A stretch of 61,987 bases of DNA. Source: an uncultured Candidatus Saccharibacteria bacterium. GTDB taxonomy: Bacteria; Patescibacteriota; Minisyncoccia; Minisyncoccales; UBA5738. Positions 37,069 to 46,430 of this stretch are shown piece after piece. The DNA lies in assembly GCA_964603475.1 (NCBI GenBank), contig CAZRVG010000001.1, forward strand, positions 1 through 61,987, written 5' to 3'. Position 1 is the stretch's first letter. Each line of letters opens with the position of its first letter. The translations under genes were made by a program, and so were the position numbers. Below the pieces are notes generated by a model. It was not told where the DNA came from, made no database searches, and saw only the letters and a list, made by a program, of their open reading frames with translations.

Positions 37069-38193
37069 TTATTTTTTATTCGCGTATTGAACGATATAAT
37101 CCGCGATCGTTTCTCCGGCATTTGGCCGCGCGAATTGAGAAGCGGCCTCGGCCATTGCCGCCATCGTTTCGGGAGAATTAAATAAATCTTTTATTTTTTC
37201 CAAAAAGAGATGCGTGGTAAAATTACCTTCTTCCATAACAAGCGCCGCCCCGCTTTGCGCGTACCCATAAGCGTTTTTTAATTGGTGTTTTTGCGCGGCT
37301 TCGGGCAACGGGATGAGGATACTCGGCTTTTTGACCGCCGCAATCTCAAAAATACTGCCCGATCCGGCGCGGCTCACTATCAAATCGGCAATCGCGTAAA
37401 TATCGGAAAGCGCCGACTCGTTAACAAACCCCAGCGCGTGATAATGTTCCAAAAGCTCGGCGCCGGCAGTAATTCGAGCCTCTTGATTGATTTCTTTCAA
37501 ATTCTTGGGACCGACAATGTGGATAATTTCATAGTTTTTAAGTAATTCGGGCATAGCGTCCAGTATCTTATCATTTATCCGGCGAGCGCCCTGTGATCCT
37601 CCCATCACCAAAATTACCGGCCTTGGCTCTTTTAACCCCAATGTCTTGATCGCGCCTTCCTTCGAGCCGTTTTTTAATTCATTGCGGATCGGATTTCCGG
37701 TTAAAATCATTTTATTTTGGGCAAATCCCTCGGTTTGCGGAAAAGAAACAAAAACCGCTGACGCGTATTTCGAAGTTTTTTGGCTCGCTACTCCCAAAAC
37801 CGCGTCGGATTCTTGTAAAAATAACGGAATACTCAAAAATCGAGCCGAAACCGCAACCGGAAAAGATCCGTATCCTCCTTTCGAAAAAACCAAATCGGGA
37901 TTGATAAAAAAGAGCCAAAAAAACGATTGAAAAACACCGAAAGGAATCCGAAAAACCGCGTCAATAACATTTTGAATCAATGACAGAGGGTCCAAATAGC
38001 GCCTTATTTTGCCGGCGGCAATATTGCGGACTTTCACGCGCTCCTTGGCGAGAACAATATTGCAAAATCGGTCTTTCGGTCCCAGATAATAGAGCTTTGC
38101 GCCATCGCCGTATTTTTTCCTTAACTCGCGAATCACCGCGACAATCGGATAAATATGACCGCCGGTACCTCCGCCGGTAAAAATTATTTTCAT
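37069..38193 (-). CDS. murG: MurG glycosyltransferase
   Basis: GGGTGGHIYP, GGYGS, TGNPIR, GGSQGA, SRAGSGS, HQLKNA. Confidence 0.96.
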   Translation of the reverse strand: MKIIFTGGGTGGHIYPIVAVIRELRKKYGDGAKLYYLGPKDRFCNIVLAKERVKVRNIAAGKIRRYLDPLSLIQNVIDAVFRIPFGVFQSFFWLFFINPDLVFSKGGYGSFPVAVSARFLSIPLFLQESDAVLGVASQKTSKYASAVFVSFPQTEGFAQNKMILTGNPIRNELKNGSKEGAIKTLGLKEPRPVILVMGGSQGARRINDKILDAMPELLKNYEIIHIVGPKNLKEINQEARITAGAELLEHYHALGFVNESALSDIYAIADLIVSRAGSGSIFEIAAVKKPSILIPLPEAAQKHQLKNAYGYAQSGAALVMEEGNFTTHLFLEKIKDLFNSPETMAAMAEAASQFARPNAGETIADYIVQYANKK

Positions 38194-38308
38194 TGTTATT
38201 ATGTTAAACGAAAGAAAAAACAATTCACGCGAAAGATAACAACACTTATAGCAAAATTAATTCAATTTGCATTAACATTAAGCCGATTATAACACTTTTG
38301 CCATAATT

Positions 38309-39451
38309 TTAAAGACCGCCCGCCGACAATTTCGGCTGGCGTGAAATATTCAGTAAAAAGCCTGCTGCAATTAATTCAATCGCAATCGCGGTTCCGCCAT
38401 AACTTATAAACGGCAAAGGTATGCCGCTCAAAGGTAAAAGGCCGATTGTCGCCGAAATGTTGATCATCGCCTGCAAAACAATCCAAAACGTTATGCCAAA
38501 AGCCGCCAAATATTGAAATTTATTTTGGCTTTTTTTAGCGATTATAAACCCGCGCCACGCAAAAACTGCAAAAATAGCGATGAGCGCCATACCGCCGACT
38601 AAGCCGAACTCATGGGCATATGGCGCAAAAATTGAATCGCCGATGAGTTCGGGCAATAACGAATACTTTTGCGAAGACGCACCCATACCCTGCCCAAAAA
38701 CATCCCCCGAACCGACAAGCATCATCGCCTGCTTTGATTGAAAATTCTTGCCCAACGGATCGGATTCCGGAGAGAGCCAAGAAGAAAGGCGGTCGAGTCG
38801 ATATGATTCCGAACAAACAAGCAAAGCCAAAAGAGCAATACCGGCCAAAACCATAAAAAAACTGTGCTTTAAAGGAGTGCCGGAAAGAAAATACATTATA
38901 AATGCCGTGAGCGCGATCACGCCAAACGTGCTCAAATCCGGCTGCTTAATAAGCAAAAATCCGATAACTCCCACCACAAGCAAAAACGCCGCCAGAGTGT
39001 CGCCAAACATTTGCCCCGATTTTTTTTTGTCGGATCTCCGTTCCGATCGCGAGGCAAGCCAGCTGGCAAGATAAACGATAAAAGCAAGTTTCAACAATTC
39101 CGAAGGCTGAACCGTCGCCACCCCCAAATTAATCCACCTCTGCGCCCCGCCGGCGGAAAATCCAACCCCCGGAATAAAAACCGAAACCAAAAATAAAACA
39201 CAAGCAAGAAGAAAAAACGGTGCCAGTTTGCGCCATAATTTCAACGGAATTTTATAGGCCGCGATACCGGCAACAATGCCGGGTAGAATGCCCATCATAA
39301 TTTGGTGGCGGATTAAATAATAACTGTCGTGATATTTCGATTGCGATAGTAACGCCGAAGCGCTAGATAAAATCATCACTCCCAATACAACCGCCGCGGC
39401 CACCGCCGCCAACATAATAAGATCGGGTTTTAGTCGCTGTTCTCTAGTCAT
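38309..39451 (-). CDS. ftsW: SEDS protein FtsW
   Basis: GAQRWI, QPSELLK, QPDLST, PLPFISYGG. Confidence 0.92.
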   Translation of the reverse strand: MTREQRLKPDLIMLAAVAAAVVLGVMILSSASALLSQSKYHDSYYLIRHQIMMGILPGIVAGIAAYKIPLKLWRKLAPFFLLACVLFLVSVFIPGVGFSAGGAQRWINLGVATVQPSELLKLAFIVYLASWLASRSERRSDKKKSGQMFGDTLAAFLLVVGVIGFLLIKQPDLSTFGVIALTAFIMYFLSGTPLKHSFFMVLAGIALLALLVCSESYRLDRLSSWLSPESDPLGKNFQSKQAMMLVGSGDVFGQGMGASSQKYSLLPELIGDSIFAPYAHEFGLVGGMALIAIFAVFAWRGFIIAKKSQNKFQYLAAFGITFWIVLQAMINISATIGLLPLSGIPLPFISYGGTAIAIELIAAGFLLNISRQPKLSAGGL

Positions 39452-40799
39452 GGCCGCCTTTTTTAATGTTTGATTGCGCCATTAAGCAATTTTTAAAACA
39501 TTCCCCGCGATGCGCGTAATCGCGAAAATTGCCAAAACTTGCCGAAGCCGCGGAAAGCAAGCATATTCTCCCCTTTTGCGTTTTTTCAAGCGCCAAATCG
39601 ACCGCAACATTCATTTTTGAGACAAAAAAGGGCGAAATTCGCGCCAAACATTTTTTTTGTCTATCCGCAGCCGCTTCAACAGATTCCCAAATCCTTTTTC
39701 CTGTCTCCGGAAAAAGAATCAAAGTTTTTATTTTGCTCGCCAAGATTTTATCGGCCAGCTTGCCAAAAGGCTGTCCCCGATCAAACCCTCCGGCAATCAA
39801 TGTTTGCGCTCTATCGCCAAGAGCGTCAATTGCCGCGATCGCGCTTTCTTGAATAGTTGATAGCGAGTCATTATAAAAATCAATGCCGTTAAAATTGCCG
39901 ACAAATTCCAATCGATTGCCAAGCGGTCTAAACTCCGCGATCGCGCTATCAATATCCTCGTCCGAAATCTTTAGCAACCTCCCGACAATCACGCCAACTT
40001 TGGCGTTTTCCAAATTAAAATCGCCGATTAAATTCACTTTTTTGGAAAAATTCCATTTACACTCGTTAAAAGCGATCTTATTTGCCGCCGATTCTTGAGC
40101 AATTTGGCGGGCTTCATTGTTGGCAGAATTATAGACAAAATAATCTTCTTTTGATTGATGAATAGCTATATTCGCCTTTGCGCGAATATATTCGCTGTAG
40201 TCTTTGTAATAATCCAAATGCTCCGGATATATATTCAATAATACCGCAACATGCGGACTTTTTCCCATATTATAAAGCTGATGCGCCGAAAGCTCACAAA
40301 TAAAGATAGTTTCTTTATCCGCACCATCTAAAAATTGCAGCATCGGCGTTCCGATATTACCCGCCAAAAAGGTTTTTTTACCCGACCTCTTAATAATTTC
40401 ATAAATTATCGAAGAAACTGTGCTTTTACCTTTTGTTCCGGTAACTCCGATAATTATTCCCGGGCAGTAATTAAAAAATATTTCCGTTTGCGAAATAATT
40501 TTTTGCTCCTGATAAGCTTTTTCGATCTCGGAAATGTGAATGGGAACCCCCGGAGATTTAACAATAACATCATAATCATTCAAGCACGATAAATAATTTT
40601 GCCCCAAACATAATTTGACTTGATGATTTTGTTCAAAGATCTTTTTCAATTCGGGATTTAATTGCCCAACTTCGCTTTTATCGGCCGCACCAATCTCATT
40701 TTGTGGATATTTTGCAAGAAAAAAACGCAGGCTTTCCATCCCCTCTCTGCCCAACCCCAAAATCAATATTTTTTTATTTTCAAAATCGATACCATTCAT
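39444..40799 (-). CDS. murD: UDP-MurNAc-L-Ala:glutamate ligase (MurD, possibly MurD2-type)
   Basis: ILGLGREG, SPGVP, GVTGTKGKST, AGNIG, ELSAHQL, YNDSLST, SFGNFRDY. Confidence 0.93.
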   Translation of the reverse strand: MNGIDFENKKILILGLGREGMESLRFFLAKYPQNEIGAADKSEVGQLNPELKKIFEQNHQVKLCLGQNYLSCLNDYDVIVKSPGVPIHISEIEKAYQEQKIISQTEIFFNYCPGIIIGVTGTKGKSTVSSIIYEIIKRSGKKTFLAGNIGTPMLQFLDGADKETIFICELSAHQLYNMGKSPHVAVLLNIYPEHLDYYKDYSEYIRAKANIAIHQSKEDYFVYNSANNEARQIAQESAANKIAFNECKWNFSKKVNLIGDFNLENAKVGVIVGRLLKISDEDIDSAIAEFRPLGNRLEFVGNFNGIDFYNDSLSTIQESAIAAIDALGDRAQTLIAGGFDRGQPFGKLADKILASKIKTLILFPETGKRIWESVEAAADRQKKCLARISPFFVSKMNVAVDLALEKTQKGRICLLSAASASFGNFRDYAHRGECFKNCLMAQSNIKKGGHD

Positions 40800-40808
40800 G
40801 GTTTTTCG

Positions 40809-40854
40809 TGTTGAAATCAAACTTCAACAAGATTGTTGAAGTTTGATTTCAACA
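40809..40854. repeat. Family B REP-like inverted doublet upstream of the murD start
   Basis: tgttgaaatcaaacttcaaca-agat-tgttgaagtttgatttcaaca, exact reverse complements. Confidence 0.92.
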
Positions 40855-40891
40855 CTTTGATTTTAACACAAATTGAGGCATAAAAAAAATG

Positions 40892-40973
40892 AGGAGAGGT
40901 GAAACCCGCTTTCCTTGATTATCCTGAAAATAAGTTTCAGAACATTCAGCGAAAGCGTTTTCAGAGCTCTCCT
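40892..40973. other. 82-nt branched hairpin flanked by A- and T-tracts in the murD leader
   Basis: aggagag/ctctcct, cgctttc/gaaagcg, ctgaaa/tttcag pairings. Confidence 0.55.
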
Positions 40974-41137
40974 TTTTTTTGTAGATACGCCCGGCAGCGC
41001 CAAGGCGCTCCATGCTAATGAGAATGTTTAAAGCTCAATTTCACGTTTATTCTTTCCCTCATTATTAAAAATTCGGCGAAATTGATCTTTAAACCTTATA
41101 TTGATAAAGAGCTGTCTTACTGCACGCTCACAAATTT

Positions 41138-41165
41138 ATTTTACAGCCATAAAAAACATTGTCAA
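41138..41165 (-). promoter_or_regulatory. Promoter TTGACA-N16-TAAAAT facing murD
   Basis: Minus-strand hexamers at 41165-41160 and 41143-41138. Confidence 0.65.
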
Positions 41166-41180
41166 ACAAAGTTTTCCACA

Positions 41181-41336
41181 CCCGGTAGTGAAAATTCAGC
41201 TCGCTTTGCGATAGCTTTGCACCGGTAGGCGCAAAGGCCGAATTTCTACTACCGGGCACACCCTGAAGAAGAAATTCGGCAGGCGTTGCCGTTTTATCCC
41301 GCCTAATAGCAGGATAGCCAAATTTTCACTACAGGG
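41181..41336 (-). ncRNA. Unassigned structured RNA candidate (multi-stem junction, loop-loop complementarity)
   Basis: 15/16-bp closing stem, 11-bp, 8-bp and 6-bp internal stems; G-U pairs favour the minus strand. Confidence 0.55.
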
Positions 41337-41343
41337 ATCCATG

Positions 41344-42738
41344 TTAAAGATCGGATCGGAGGATAGATCGGAGATTATTGGCGAGGGTTTTGGGCAGATT
41401 GTGGTTTTTGTTCCAAGAGGATAAAATCTTTTTGCTTTGTTTCTCCATGTTGCCGTATTTGGGCAAAAATTCTTTTTCAAAAACCCGCAACAAAACCGGC
41501 AAATTGTTTTCGTTCTCCCCTTTTGCGGTTTCCAACGATAAATAAAACGCGGCGCGGGTTTCGGCAAACGTGCCCACGCATTCAAAGGGCTTGCAAGTTG
41601 ATTCGCCCAGCATTTGTGCCATCAGCGGCAATAGGTTTCTATCTTCAAAAATATCTTTGCCGAATATTTTTACAATTTCCTTTTTGCCGGCAAAAGGATA
41701 AAGCATCGCAAAAACCGACAGGCACTTCGGGCATTTGCCGCACCAGCCGATATTTTTATTTTGCCGATTTTTTATTGCAAAGGACTTGTTGCAACTGATA
41801 AATTTTGGAAAATATTTTGGATAGCGCGAGAACAGCATCGCGATCTGCAATTCGTAAAGCGGCCGCAAGAATGAAAAATAATCAATATTTTTTGCCAGAT
41901 ATTTTTTCGAATAATTTTGAAATTTGCTTTCAAAATCAAAAGATTTGGAATATTGGTGGTTCACTTCCATGCCCAAATATTTAACATTGCCCTCGCTTGA
42001 ACTTCTCTCCTGCGAAATGGCAACTTTTGAACAATCAAACATTGCCGCCAACGCCACGGAATGTATCGCCAAAAGCGACGAAAAGGGCGTGTGGCCGTTT
42101 AAAAATCCTTTTCGCGCCATTGCTATCAATCGCGGATCAATCGTCCTTTTGACAACGATTGCCGGCGCGTTGGCAATACGGCAAACCTTTTTTAGCGGCT
42201 CATTGGGATTGAGCGCGAACAACATCATTTTTTGTCGCGCTTTTTGCAACAACTCAACCGTCGCCAGCGAATCCTTTCCCCCGCCCATCGGCACGAGGAT
42301 TTTGTTTTTGTTTTTTATCTCCAACGGCCGCGGATAAATTTTTGGCTTTTCGCGTTTAATTTCAAAATCAGGCACAATAAACGGCAATTTGTTTTCATAA
42401 AAAAACTGCCCCATGCCGTTTAAAAAAAGGTTGTTCCAGAATTTTATTTGCGCTTTATTCAAGTATCCGGCTTTGATAACAATTTTTGGCGGGCACGCGG
42501 CTTTCCAATAGCTGGGAATTTCGGCCAACCCCATATGGAACACAAAGTTTGTTATCGCCGCCTCCCCTATTTTTTCAATTTGCGCGCGGTCTATTTCGCG
42601 AATTATAATTTTGGGATTAAATTCAATTTCATTCATTTTAAAGCAAAAAACAACGGCCAAATCACCGCCCTTGATTTTCCACTCAAAACTTTCATAAACA
42701 AACTCCGGATATTTTTTTTGCAAACTTTCCAAGCTCAT
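41344..42738 (-). CDS. murL: MurL-like UDP-MurNAc-L-Ala-L-Glu epimerase
   Basis: GGGKDS, LNGH, ERSSSEG, VNHQYSKS, LRPLYELQI, SCN, WCGKCPKC, KPFECVG, as recalled for Xanthomonas MurL. Confidence 0.8.
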   Translation of the reverse strand: MSLESLQKKYPEFVYESFEWKIKGGDLAVVFCFKMNEIEFNPKIIIREIDRAQIEKIGEAAITNFVFHMGLAEIPSYWKAACPPKIVIKAGYLNKAQIKFWNNLFLNGMGQFFYENKLPFIVPDFEIKREKPKIYPRPLEIKNKNKILVPMGGGKDSLATVELLQKARQKMMLFALNPNEPLKKVCRIANAPAIVVKRTIDPRLIAMARKGFLNGHTPFSSLLAIHSVALAAMFDCSKVAISQERSSSEGNVKYLGMEVNHQYSKSFDFESKFQNYSKKYLAKNIDYFSFLRPLYELQIAMLFSRYPKYFPKFISCNKSFAIKNRQNKNIGWCGKCPKCLSVFAMLYPFAGKKEIVKIFGKDIFEDRNLLPLMAQMLGESTCKPFECVGTFAETRAAFYLSLETAKGENENNLPVLLRVFEKEFLPKYGNMEKQSKKILSSWNKNHNLPKTLANNLRSILRSDL

Positions 42739-42756
42739 TTAATCTTGTTTAACTTT

Positions 42757-43878
42757 TTATCCCATCAGGCGGATTGCCACGCCCGTGGCGGCAAAGATCA
42801 CTCCCAAAAGCCAAAAACGCATTGTCACTTGATGCGCCGGCCACCCCAACGCTTCAAAATGGTGATGTATCGGCGTGGAAAGCCAGAGTTTTCTTTTGAA
42901 AGCTTTTTTATGCGCCAGCTGGATAATCACCGAACCGGCTTCCATCACCAGCAATCCCGCGATTATCGGCAAAACCATTACCGAATCGGTCAAAAACGCC
43001 ACCACCGTCATCGCGCAAGTCAACCCCAACACGCCGGTTTCGCCCATATAAAATTTCGCCGGCGGAATGTTAAACCACAAAAACGCGAACAGCGCGCCGC
43101 AAATAATCGCGCAAAAAGTCGCCAAATCGGCTTTGCCTTGCGAAAAAGCAATCAGCGCGAATGCCGCGAATATCGAAACAAACGCGCCTCCCGCCAATCC
43201 GTCCAACCCGTCGACCACGCCGCCGGCCCATGAAGCAAGCATAACGCCGATAAACAGCGGGATATACAGCGCGCCGATAAAAACATTGATGCCGTCGGGA
43301 AAATTAAGCAATGGAATATGCATCGTGTCATATTCCAGTTTATTATAAAACCACCACCCGCCAACCAATCCGATCAGCGCCACAACGGCCATTCTTTGCC
43401 AAAAACTGATTCCGCCGCCGATATATTTGCCGCCGCCGCAGATTGTGATAATATCATCGGCCAGCCCCACCAGCGCGCCGGCAACCAGCGCGAAAAGCGG
43501 CAGCCACACTTCCTCGCGCGTAAAAAAATTAAGCAACACAAACCACCACTGCTCGCTTGGCTGATAATTCAATCCCAAATTTTGCCACAATTGACCCGGG
43601 ATCCTATCGGCAATCAGCCAAACCAATAAAGTCATTGTCAAAACCGATCCCCAAACCAGCAGCCCGCCGCCGCGCGGGACGGTTGTTTCGCGGTCTTTGT
43701 GCAAAGAATGAAAAACCACCGCGTCTTCGCCGGTGATGGCCTTGCGCCGCGCGTTTTTTTTCCAAAACTTAACGCGATTTAAAAAACCGATCAAAAACGG
43801 CGCCGCGAAAAATGCCGCGATTGAGGTGATCGCCGTGAAAGCGAGCATTCTGATGATATTGTAGGTGAACAAAGTCAT
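42757..43878 (-). CDS. mraY: Phospho-MurNAc-pentapeptide transferase
   Basis: PRGGG, GLADD, DGLDGLAGG, FNIPPAKFYMGETG, PIHHHFE. Confidence 0.92.
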   Translation of the reverse strand: MTLFTYNIIRMLAFTAITSIAAFFAAPFLIGFLNRVKFWKKNARRKAITGEDAVVFHSLHKDRETTVPRGGGLLVWGSVLTMTLLVWLIADRIPGQLWQNLGLNYQPSEQWWFVLLNFFTREEVWLPLFALVAGALVGLADDIITICGGGKYIGGGISFWQRMAVVALIGLVGGWWFYNKLEYDTMHIPLLNFPDGINVFIGALYIPLFIGVMLASWAGGVVDGLDGLAGGAFVSIFAAFALIAFSQGKADLATFCAIICGALFAFLWFNIPPAKFYMGETGVLGLTCAMTVVAFLTDSVMVLPIIAGLLVMEAGSVIIQLAHKKAFKRKLWLSTPIHHHFEALGWPAHQVTMRFWLLGVIFAATGVAIRLMG

Positions 43879-43880
43879 TG

Positions 43881-44885
43881 TTAGCGGTAATTATTGGAAA
43901 AATTGATCATTTTTTGCATTTGCGCGACCCGAGTCTCCGCCGAAAGCGACCCAAGCAACACATTCACGTAGCGGCGGCCGCCTTCATTCTCAAAAACGCT
44001 TATCATGCATCCTCCCGCCCTTTCAGTATAGCCGGTTTTTCCGCCAATCAGTTTTTGATTATCCCAAGGGATTAAATCAAAGATTCCGTTCTCGATGCTA
44101 TAGGGACCGGAGGTTGCGGTCAACGCGAAAATATCGGGGTGAAATTTGAGAATATGGCAAACCAAGATCAGCAAATCATCCGCCGTTGATTGATTTTCCA
44201 AGCCATTTTCAATATCCAGTCCCGTGGCATTATAAAATTTTGTCCGCTCAAGTCCGATCAGAGAGGCTTTTTTATTCATTGCGGCAACAAATGAATCCAT
44301 TCCCGCAATTTCCGCCAGCGCGCAAGCGGCGTCATTGCTGGAATAAAAAAGCATTATGCCGAGCAAATCCTTGATACTGTAAATTTCTCCGGGCATTAAG
44401 TTGCCAAAAACCGGCACATTTTCTTGATTGGCGGCATTTCGACCGATTGCGACCCGCCGTTCCAAATTATAAATTTGCGGATTTTCCAAAACAATTGCCG
44501 CGGTCATCAATTTCGTGAGCGACGCGATCGGCAAGACTTGATCAATATTTTCCTTAAAGATTATTTTTTCTCTTCCGGCGGCGCCAATTTGCAAAATTGC
44601 GGCGGCCTTGGCATCTAATTTTAGACTTTGTTTTTCCTTGGTTTTTGGCTCAACGATAACAATATCGTCAATCGGCCGGGATATCTGCGCGCGCAAATAA
44701 TCTTCAAATTTAACTTGTCCGAGATCCGCCGCAAAACACAAAAATCCTCCGGTAAAACCGGCAACAGCAAAAATTGACAGCCTTTTGGCAACCGCGACAA
44801 ACCCGCTTGCGGATTTTCGCTTTTTTGAATTTTCTTGCGGCGGCAAAGGCGGCGGCGCAGGTGAAGGCAAAACGGGTATGGCCAT
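43881..44885 (-). CDS. S11 D-Ala-D-Ala carboxypeptidase/endopeptidase
   Basis: ASLTK (SxxK), SSN (SxN), KTG. Confidence 0.9.
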   Translation of the reverse strand: MAIPVLPSPAPPPLPPQENSKKRKSASGFVAVAKRLSIFAVAGFTGGFLCFAADLGQVKFEDYLRAQISRPIDDIVIVEPKTKEKQSLKLDAKAAAILQIGAAGREKIIFKENIDQVLPIASLTKLMTAAIVLENPQIYNLERRVAIGRNAANQENVPVFGNLMPGEIYSIKDLLGIMLFYSSNDAACALAEIAGMDSFVAAMNKKASLIGLERTKFYNATGLDIENGLENQSTADDLLILVCHILKFHPDIFALTATSGPYSIENGIFDLIPWDNQKLIGGKTGYTERAGGCMISVFENEGGRRYVNVLLGSLSAETRVAQMQKMINFSNNYR

Positions 44886-46315
44886 TATTTTTCTTTATTT
44901 TTTTTGATAATCTCAATCCCCAACTCCTTTAATTGAGCCAAATCAACTTCCGAAGGCGAATCCAGCATCAAATCACGGTTGTCGCCCGTTTTGGGAAACG
45001 CCATCACTTCGCGAATATTGGGTTCGTTTAACAGCACCGCCATCAAACGGTCAATCCCCGGCGCCATTCCCCCGTGCGGCGGAACACCGTAAGAAAACGC
45101 TTCAAAATAATGCGGAAATTGCTTTTTTGTTTCTTTGGGGGTGTGCCCCAAAACTTCAAACACCGCCAAAAAAGTTTCCATATTGGTATTTCGCAAACTG
45201 CCCGAAAATATCTCGTAGCCGTTTAGCGCCATATCATATTGCCAGGCCAAAATTTTTTCCGGCTCTTTGTTTATTTTTTCAGGACTGCTTTCTCGCGGCA
45301 AAGTGAACGGATGATGCATCGCGTTCCACCGCTTGCCGCCCGCCAGCCATTCAAACATGGGAAATTCGGTGATAAAACAAAACGCCAATTCGTCGGGATC
45401 ATTCTTATTTTCGCGCAGGTCGGGCTTGTCGGTGCCGTATAAATCAACCGCTTCTTTATATGTCAGACGCGGAAACGGCGTTTGGGTTATCTTTTTTCGC
45501 GGAAACAATTCCTTAACCAAGCCGACAAACATTTCTTCGGCCAGATCCAGAATTTCTTTTTCGGCTATAAAAGACATTTCAACATCCAACTGCGTATGCT
45601 CGGCTTGCCGGTCCGCGCGCGGGTCCTCGTCGCGCAAACAGCGCGCCACCTGAAAATAGCGCTCCAGCCCGGCAACCATTAAAAGCTGTTTGTACTGCTG
45701 GGGACTTTGCGGCAAAGCATAAAATTTACCTTGCTGAATGCGCGCGGGCACCAAAAAGTCGCGCGCGCCTTCGGGAGTGGATTTGGTTAATATCGGTGTT
45801 TCCACTTCCACAAAATCTCTCGCGGTTAGAAATTGGCGCAAATAATTGATAACTTTGTGGCGCACGGTCAAATTGCGGTGTAACCGCTCGCGGCGCAAAT
45901 CCAAGTAGCGGTATTTCAAGCGATTGTCTTCGCCGATATCATAGCCGTCGCCGTCAATAGAAATCGGCAATGTTTGCGCTTTTGACAAAATTGTTAAATC
46001 TTCAATAACTATCTCCACCCCGCCGGTGGGAATTTTGTCGTTTTTCATATTTTCCGGCCGTTCTTTTACCGCACCGGTAATTTCCACCACCCATTCGCTT
46101 CTCACTTCTTTTGCCAAATCAAAAAACGGCGCCTTGGGAGTTACCACCGCTTGAATCACGCCGCTTCGGTCGCGCAAATCAAAAAAAATCAGCTTGCCGT
46201 GAGCGCGCACGATTTGCACCCATCCGCACAGTCTCGCCGCCTGCCCCGCCATTTCGGCAGTTTGGGCGATCATCGTTCTTGGCAATTGTTTTTCCATGTT
46301 TTCTATATTTTCCAT
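44885..46315 (-). CDS. aspS: Aspartate--tRNA ligase, short form lacking most of the GAD insertion
   Basis: FFDLRDRSG, STPEGARDF, LPQSPQ, HHPFT, PPHGGMAPGIDR. Confidence 0.95.
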   Translation of the reverse strand: MENIENMEKQLPRTMIAQTAEMAGQAARLCGWVQIVRAHGKLIFFDLRDRSGVIQAVVTPKAPFFDLAKEVRSEWVVEITGAVKERPENMKNDKIPTGGVEIVIEDLTILSKAQTLPISIDGDGYDIGEDNRLKYRYLDLRRERLHRNLTVRHKVINYLRQFLTARDFVEVETPILTKSTPEGARDFLVPARIQQGKFYALPQSPQQYKQLLMVAGLERYFQVARCLRDEDPRADRQAEHTQLDVEMSFIAEKEILDLAEEMFVGLVKELFPRKKITQTPFPRLTYKEAVDLYGTDKPDLRENKNDPDELAFCFITEFPMFEWLAGGKRWNAMHHPFTLPRESSPEKINKEPEKILAWQYDMALNGYEIFSGSLRNTNMETFLAVFEVLGHTPKETKKQFPHYFEAFSYGVPPHGGMAPGIDRLMAVLLNEPNIREVMAFPKTGDNRDLMLDSPSEVDLAQLKELGIEIIKKNKEK

Positions 46316-46430
46316 ATAATCAAATCCTACCTCATTTTGCCCCATATTTCAACGCCCCGCAACCGACTGGAGAAACTTGTGTCCCCGCATAAAAAAACAG
46401 GGCTTGACCATTGATCAAACGCCATACATA

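Noticed and set aside
41172-41180. DnaA box-like TTTTCCACA suggesting oriC
   Set aside because: Single copy, no box cluster, no dnaA nearby.
41237-41280. Hammerhead ribozyme (CTGAAGA...GAAA on the + strand)
   Set aside because: Stem II is absent and stem I cannot form next to the cleavage triplet; G-U pairs also favour the minus strand.
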